A stretch of DNA of 32,000 nt, taken from the NCBI GenBank assembly GCA_934613415.1, contig CAKTSY010000006.1:60001-92000 (forward strand), written 5' to 3'. Below, piece by piece: positions 27,280-32,000 of the stretch; the first letter of the stretch is position 1, and the number at the start of each line of letters is the position of its first letter. Source of the stretch: an uncultured Opitutales bacterium. Lineage in GTDB: Bacteria > Verrucomicrobiota > Verrucomicrobiia > Opitutales > Intestinicryptomonadaceae. Below the pieces are notes generated by a model. The model was not told the DNA's origin and made no database searches. It saw nothing but the letters and a program-made list of their open reading frames with translations. Both the position numbers and the translations under genes were made by a program.

Positions 27280-28086
27280 ATGAAAAAATACATACTTACA
27301 CTCTTGGCGACTGTTCTGGGAACTAGCGCGGCGTTTTCGCAAGACGGTAAATTTCCGCTCGATTCAGTTGCAAATCCCTCGATTTCAAACCTCAGCATTT
27401 CGACATCGGTAGGTATAGAATCGCAATATGTTTTCCGCGGCGAAAGGCTTGCGGGCATTTCGCTTCAGCCCGAAGTTCAAATTTCGTACCCGATTGCGGG
27501 CTTCGACGTATACGGCGGCGCGTGGGCAAACACCCCCCTTCAAAAGCAAACACCCTACGAAGGCGCAGAAGTCGACCTTTGCGCGGGCGCAAACTACCAA
27601 ATTTCGGCGTTCACGCTAGACTTGGGCTATGTATACTATTGGTATACCGACAATGCTCCCGACAGCATCACCCACGACCAAGACATTTATTTCGGGGTAA
27701 GCTTCGACACTTCGTCGTTTATGCGCGGCTTTAACATTAACCCCGCTTTGTATTATTTCTACAACCCCGATTTGAACCAACACGTTGTAGAAGCCTCTAT
27801 TGGCCACGAATTTGAATTGGGCGCCTTGGCCGGCATAGAAGCATTGACATTCCCCGTAAGAGGCTATTTGGGCTGGCTTTCGGCAAAGGAATACGAGGGA
27901 ACCCCCGACAACAAATATTCTTACTGGTATGCGGGAGCCACTGCCGACGCCGCCTATGCGGTTACCGAATTTTGCAAAATCAGCGCAGGCATTCGCTACT
28001 CGTACAAACACCACGGCGACGAATCCCTTAACATAGACGACAAACACGAAATTTGGTGGGGCGCAAAAGTAAGCTTCGGCTTCTAA
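27280..28086 (+). CDS. Outer-membrane beta-barrel protein, TorF / Gcw_chp-family putative porin
   Basis: 268 aa with SD AAGGAAAA. Signal peptide MKKYILTLLATVLGTSAAFS/QD. ESQYVFRGERL..LQPEVQISY..GFDVYGGAWANT matches the Gcw_chp pattern (S.YvfRG.s....pa.Qg......G.y.G.W.Sn). Alternating aromatic strands and a C-terminal ..KVSFGF (terminal Phe). Confidence 0.75.
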   Translation: MKKYILTLLATVLGTSAAFSQDGKFPLDSVANPSISNLSISTSVGIESQYVFRGERLAGISLQPEVQISYPIAGFDVYGGAWANTPLQKQTPYEGAEVDLCAGANYQISAFTLDLGYVYYWYTDNAPDSITHDQDIYFGVSFDTSSFMRGFNINPALYYFYNPDLNQHVVEASIGHEFELGALAGIEALTFPVRGYLGWLSAKEYEGTPDNKYSYWYAGATADAAYAVTEFCKISAGIRYSYKHHGDESLNIDDKHEIWWGAKVSFGF

Positions 28087-28107
28087 AAAAAACATCCCTT
28101 AACTTTG

Positions 28108-28140
28108 GGCGCAAAGCTTATACTTTGCGCCTTTTTGTTT
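28108..28140 (+). terminator. Rho-independent terminator after the porin gene
   Basis: GGCGCAAAG (28108..28116) - CTTATA - CTTTGCGCC (28123..28131), followed by TTTTTGTTTT. It ends 6 nt before the comM ATG. Confidence 0.85.
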
Positions 28141-28146
28141 TAAAAA

Positions 28147-29682
28147 ATGCTGGCAAAACTCTATTCTGGCGCGCTTATTGGCGTAGACGCCCTAAAGGTT
28201 GAAGTTGAAGTAAACTCGGGGCAAAAGGGCGAGCCGCGCACTTTTATTGTGGGCTTGCCCGACGCCGCCGTTAAAGAGTCGCTCGACCGAGTTTCGGCTG
28301 CAATTTCAAATTCGCAGCTGGCTGTTCCCTCTACAAAAATCACGGTTAACCTTGCCCCAAGCGACATAAAAAAAGAGGGCTCTACCTACGACTTGCCGAT
28401 TGCGTTGGGCATTTTGGCATCGGCAGGCAAAATTAAGGCGGAAAAAGCCAATGAATATATTATTGCGGGCGAACTTGCCCTTTCGGGCGAGCTTAGGCCA
28501 GTAAGAGGAGCGGTAAGCCTTGCTTTGCTTGCCCGAAAAGAGGGATTAAGGGGCGTAATTTTGCCGAAAGAAAGCGCAAAAGAGGCGGCTTTTATCGATA
28601 AAATAGAGGTTTTGGCGGCAAATTCTTTAAGGGAAATTTGCGGATTTTTTAACGGGCAAAACGAACTGGAATGCATAAAAACGGCGGACTTCCCCCACAT
28701 AGACGACGCAATGCTTGGCTTTGATTTTGCCGAAGTTAAGGGGCAAGAAAGCGCAAAAAGGGCAATAGAAATTGCGGTTGCAGGCTTCCACAACATTCTT
28801 ATGATAGGTTCGCCGGGTTCCGGCAAAAGCATGATGGCAAAAAGAATTCCGTCTATTATGCCCAAGCCCGACAAGGAGGAGTTTTTGGAAATTTTGGGGA
28901 TATATTCGGCATGCAAAAGCACAAAACTTTTGGAAAACACCCCAAATTTGCGCCCCTTTAGAGCCGTACACCACTCTATTAGCGACATTGGGCTTATAGG
29001 CGGCGGCTCTATACCAAAACCGGGCGAAATTTCGCTGGCGCACAACGGCGTTTTGTTTTTAGACGAATTGCCCGAATTTAAGCGCAATGTGCTTGAACTT
29101 TTAAGACAGCCCCTAGAAGACGGAAAAATCTGCATTTCGAGAGCTGCGGCAAAAATAGAGCTTAAGTGCAACTTTATGCTGGTGGCGGCAATGAACCCCT
29201 GCCCTTGCGGACACTTGGGCGACCCCAACAAAAAATGCAGGTGCACCCCCGCGCAAATACAACGCTACCAAAGCAAAATTTCGGGCCCGCTTGCCGACAG
29301 AATAGACATTCACATACGCGTAAATTCGCTTTCGCTGGAAGATTTGTCTTCGGCAAAAGAGGGCTTAAGCTCGGCTCAAATGCGAAAGAAAATAGAAATT
29401 GCCCGACAAATTCAAAAAGAGCGTTTTAAAAACGAAAGCTTCCTTTCGGCGGCAAAAAACAACTCTAATATGAGTGGCGCGCAGATAAAAAAGTTTTGCG
29501 CACTAAAGCCAAGCGAAGCCGACCTTTTGGCAATGGCAATGCGCGAGCTAAACCTTTCGGCAAGGGCGTGGAACAAGGTTCTGAAAATTTCGAGAACCAT
29601 TGCCGACATAGAGGAAAGCGAAAACATACAAGCCCCGCACCTTTTAGAGGCAATAAACTACAGGGGGCTGGACAAAGCCTAG
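28147..29682 (+). CDS. comM: YifB/ComM-family Mg-chelatase-like AAA+ ATPase
   Basis: 511 aa. N-terminal Lon-protease-like domain (GLPDAAVKESLDRV..DLPIALGILA), Walker A GSPGSGKSM, Walker B VLFLDELPEF, a Cys cluster NPCPCGHLGDPNKKCRC, and C-terminal HLLEAINYR. Confidence 0.93.
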   Translation: MLAKLYSGALIGVDALKVEVEVNSGQKGEPRTFIVGLPDAAVKESLDRVSAAISNSQLAVPSTKITVNLAPSDIKKEGSTYDLPIALGILASAGKIKAEKANEYIIAGELALSGELRPVRGAVSLALLARKEGLRGVILPKESAKEAAFIDKIEVLAANSLREICGFFNGQNELECIKTADFPHIDDAMLGFDFAEVKGQESAKRAIEIAVAGFHNILMIGSPGSGKSMMAKRIPSIMPKPDKEEFLEILGIYSACKSTKLLENTPNLRPFRAVHHSISDIGLIGGGSIPKPGEISLAHNGVLFLDELPEFKRNVLELLRQPLEDGKICISRAAAKIELKCNFMLVAAMNPCPCGHLGDPNKKCRCTPAQIQRYQSKISGPLADRIDIHIRVNSLSLEDLSSAKEGLSSAQMRKKIEIARQIQKERFKNESFLSAAKNNSNMSGAQIKKFCALKPSEADLLAMAMRELNLSARAWNKVLKISRTIADIEESENIQAPHLLEAINYRGLDKA

Positions 29683-29689
29683 GGTTTCC

Positions 29690-30421
29690 CTAAATTGTGC
29701 CCGAATCTACAAACAGGTTTTGCCCCGTAATAGATTTCGAATTTTCGCCCAGCAAAAATTCTACTGTTTTTGCAACGCTTTGTGGGCATGTTGGCTCTTT
29801 TAAAGCCGTGCGTTTGTAAATTTTGTCTTTTTGCTCGCCGGTTAAAGACGCGCTCATATCGGTTTGCATAAAGCCGCAAACAACGCAGTTGCTACGTATG
29901 CCCTTTTGCCCCCACTCGCGCGCCGTGTTTTTAGAAAAGGCCTCTATTGCCCCCTTTGTTGCGGCATACATTGCCAAACCCTTATAGCCCGTATGCGCGC
30001 TTATCGAGGATATATGCACAATAGAGCCTAAAACTTTGTTTAAAATCATGTTCCTTACGGCGTATTTTACAAGCAGCATAGGCGTAAAGACATTAACGGC
30101 AAATATATCGCTTGTACGCGAAATATCCAAATTCGAAACAATGTCGTCGTAGGCAATGGCGGCGTTGCTTACAAAGCCGCTTAGGGTAATTTTATGCGAA
30201 ATAAAGTCGTCGGCAAACAGTGCGTTTTTTGCCGAAACTGCGTCGCTTAAATCTGCCGCCTTATAGAACAAACGCTCCGGAAATGTTTTCAATAAACTTT
30301 CAAACTCTTGGCTTTTTGTGCGGCTTGTTGCATAAATGCAATATTGCCCGCTTTCGAGCAATGTTTTGCAAATTTGCAATCCCAGCCCTCTAGAAGCTCC
30401 AGTTAACAATACGTTTTTCAT
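29690..30421 (-). CDS. Short-chain dehydrogenase/reductase (FabG-like)
   Basis: 243 aa. TGASRGLG cofactor motif, NAA, and catalytic S...YAATKGAIEAF. The ATG overlaps the ligase TGA (ATGA at 30418..30421). Confidence 0.9.
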   Translation of the reverse strand: MKNVLLTGASRGLGLQICKTLLESGQYCIYATSRTKSQEFESLLKTFPERLFYKAADLSDAVSAKNALFADDFISHKITLSGFVSNAAIAYDDIVSNLDISRTSDIFAVNVFTPMLLVKYAVRNMILNKVLGSIVHISSISAHTGYKGLAMYAATKGAIEAFSKNTAREWGQKGIRSNCVVCGFMQTDMSASLTGEQKDKIYKRTALKEPTCPQSVAKTVEFLLGENSKSITGQNLFVDSGTI

Positions 30422-31641
30422 CTTTTCAACTTTCCCGTTGCGGTTTGTTTTAAGCTTTCAACAAAAGTTATCTTGCGCGGAATTTTAAACGGCTGCAGTT
30501 TTTCCGTCAAAAAATTCCTTATTTGCGGAATTTCCAATTCGGCGTTTTTTGCAAGTTTTATGTCGGCACACAAAATGTTGCCAATAACCGAATTTTTTTG
30601 CCCGTAAACTGCTACGTCGGCAACCTGCGGCATTTGGCGCAAAGCGTCTTCAACCTCTTCTATATTTACCTTGTAGCCCCCCGTATTTACAAGGCTGCAT
30701 TGGCGGGCGACGAATCTGAATTTTGTTTTTTCGGGGTCTACAAACTCAACCAAATCGCCCGTTTTATACCATTCGCCAAAATCGGGCAATAAATCAGAAA
30801 CACCCATCAGGCTTTTATGCACATACAAGTTGTTGTTTTGCACTTTTATTTTGTCGGCCAAAGAATTTGGTATCGAAAAATATTCGCCGCTGCAAACCAG
30901 CAAAGTTCCGAATTCGGTTGCGGCATATATGTTGTTTATTTTTGCGCAGGGGAATTGTTTTGCCAATTTTGCATACAAAACATTGTCGGACTTTTCGCCC
31001 CCGCAGGTTATGCGCAAAACGCTTTTAAAAGCCGAATCTTTGCCCAAAAGCATTCTGTAGAAAGTGGGCGTTGCCGATATGTGGGTAATTTTTTTAGAAT
31101 CTACAAGCGAAAAGATTCTTTCTGGCGTTTCGCCGAACAAAAATACAATTTCGTTTAAATTAAAAAATGCCTGCAAAAAAACCTGAAGCCCCGCAATATG
31201 GGTTGGGTTATACGCAAAACCCCAAATGTGCGCCTTGTACTTTTCCGAAACCCTCACTGCACGCGAAAGGGTTTTTACAGTGTGTATAACCTTTTTTGGC
31301 AACCCTGTTGTGCCAGATGTAAACAAGGTTATTTTAGATGGCGAATTTTTTACGCATTCAAGCAAGTCGGAAAGCGAATTTATCTTTTTTGCTTCGCAAA
31401 TAGCCTGCGTTTTTTCGGCGTTTTTTATACCAAGGGCAAAAAGCTCGCTTTGCGTTGTGTCGGAATCTACAAGGCAAATGTCGTTTCCATACGCCAAAGT
31501 GCAAACCAATTCAAAAAAGAACTGTTTTGTGTCTTTTGCCGACAACACGCATTTACAGTTTTTTGCATTGCATACAAAACAAAGCAGCTCCGAATACGAA
31601 ACCGCTTTGCCGTTGCAAAACAAAAAAGGCAGTTCGCTCAT
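30418..31641 (-). CDS. Short adenylate-forming enzyme (acyl/aminoacyl-carrier-protein ligase, ANL superfamily)
   Basis: 407 aa. TSGTTGLPKKV (A3), YAATEFG (A5), YKTGDLVEF (A7), GGYKVNIEEVEDAL (A8), and C-terminal TATGKLKR (A10 Lys). The ATG overlaps the carrier-protein TGA (31638..31641). Confidence 0.88.
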   Translation of the reverse strand: MSELPFLFCNGKAVSYSELLCFVCNAKNCKCVLSAKDTKQFFFELVCTLAYGNDICLVDSDTTQSELFALGIKNAEKTQAICEAKKINSLSDLLECVKNSPSKITLFTSGTTGLPKKVIHTVKTLSRAVRVSEKYKAHIWGFAYNPTHIAGLQVFLQAFFNLNEIVFLFGETPERIFSLVDSKKITHISATPTFYRMLLGKDSAFKSVLRITCGGEKSDNVLYAKLAKQFPCAKINNIYAATEFGTLLVCSGEYFSIPNSLADKIKVQNNNLYVHKSLMGVSDLLPDFGEWYKTGDLVEFVDPEKTKFRFVARQCSLVNTGGYKVNIEEVEDALRQMPQVADVAVYGQKNSVIGNILCADIKLAKNAELEIPQIRNFLTEKLQPFKIPRKITFVESLKQTATGKLKR

Positions 31642-31871
31642 TGCGGCTTTTCAAGCTTTTGGCAAAGTTCGCCGAAAGTGCGTATTGGGCCTTCGGCAAA
31701 AACGTCTACCTTAAATTCGGCCTCTATATTTACGGTTAGCTCCGCCAAATCGAAAGAGTCGAAACCGAATGTTTCGCGCAAGTCGCTTTGTTCGCAAACG
31801 TCTTTAACGGGGGCTTGCCCCTTGTTTTTCCTTATAGAGTTGGCTATTTCCAAGAGCCTTGTCTTTACCAT
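31638..31871 (-). CDS. Acyl/peptidyl carrier protein
   Basis: 77 aa. Phosphopantetheine-attachment motif FGFDSFDLAELTV. Confidence 0.85.
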   Translation of the reverse strand: MVKTRLLEIANSIRKNKGQAPVKDVCEQSDLRETFGFDSFDLAELTVNIEAEFKVDVFAEGPIRTFGELCQKLEKPQ

Positions 31872-31878
31872 AAAAACC

Positions 31879-32000
31879 CTATTTTTTTGAGGAAGTTTCC
31901 TTTTTTGTTATTGCGTCGAACACAATTTCGGCAATTTCCCTTGCGCCCTCCGCCGAAGGGTGAATTTTGTCTTTTTGGAAAAATTCAATTTCGTCTTCCT
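31879..32000 (-). CDS. SGNH/GDSL-type hydrolase, C-terminal fragment (gene continues beyond the window)
   Basis: The minus-strand frame reads ..EDEIEFFQKDKIHPSAEGAREIAEIVFDAITKKETSSKK-TAG. D..HP...G...IA is the block V (Asp-x-x-His) signature of SGNH hydrolases. The stop is 7 nt before the carrier-protein ATG. Only 40 codons are visible. Confidence 0.55.
   Translation of the reverse strand, partial: EDEIEFFQKDKIHPSAEGAREIAEIVFDAITKKETSSKK

Overview
A 32-kb chromosomal stretch with about 27 protein genes and one RNA gene. I saw no transposases, integrases, CRISPR arrays, long repeats or recognisable defence genes. Content: (i) Glycan harvest and sugar activation: a gmhA (5' end cut by the window edge) - GH92 alpha-mannosidase lipoprotein - ROK sugar kinase operon, a secreted GH2 (beta-mannosidase-like), a galE + eukaryote-type UDP-N-acetylhexosamine pyrophosphorylase pair, a GH28 enzyme, a phosphohexomutase and a GDPD-like esterase. 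(ii) Housekeeping: dnaK-groES-groEL as one co-directional block, leuA, sufC-sufB-sufD, SRP RNA (ffs, not visible in the ORF track) and comM/yifB. (iii) An orphan cytoplasmic PAS histidine kinase, an FmdB zinc-ribbon protein, an MBL-fold hydrolase and a TorF/Gcw_chp-type beta-barrel. (iv) At the right edge, a translationally coupled SGNH hydrolase - carrier protein - adenylating ligase - SDR operon that runs off the window. The chlamydia-like GroEL and a Minf_1886-like small protein suggest a PVC-superphylum host (Lentisphaerota/Verrucomicrobiota-like); this is inference from memory only. I did not find convincing evidence of a wholly new multi-gene system. The best candidates for follow-up are: (a) a Leu-rich 21-codon leader ORF with mutually exclusive terminator/antiterminator pairings directly upstream of leuA; (b) the Dlt/Alm-like carrier-protein operon at 29690..32000; (c) a suf operon bracketed by two uncharacterised, tightly coupled genes, one of them secreted. 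Several ORF-track entries are N-terminally over-extended (sufD, sufB, the pyrophosphorylase, the zinc ribbon, MBL, GH28), and many long ORFs are antisense shadows of real genes.
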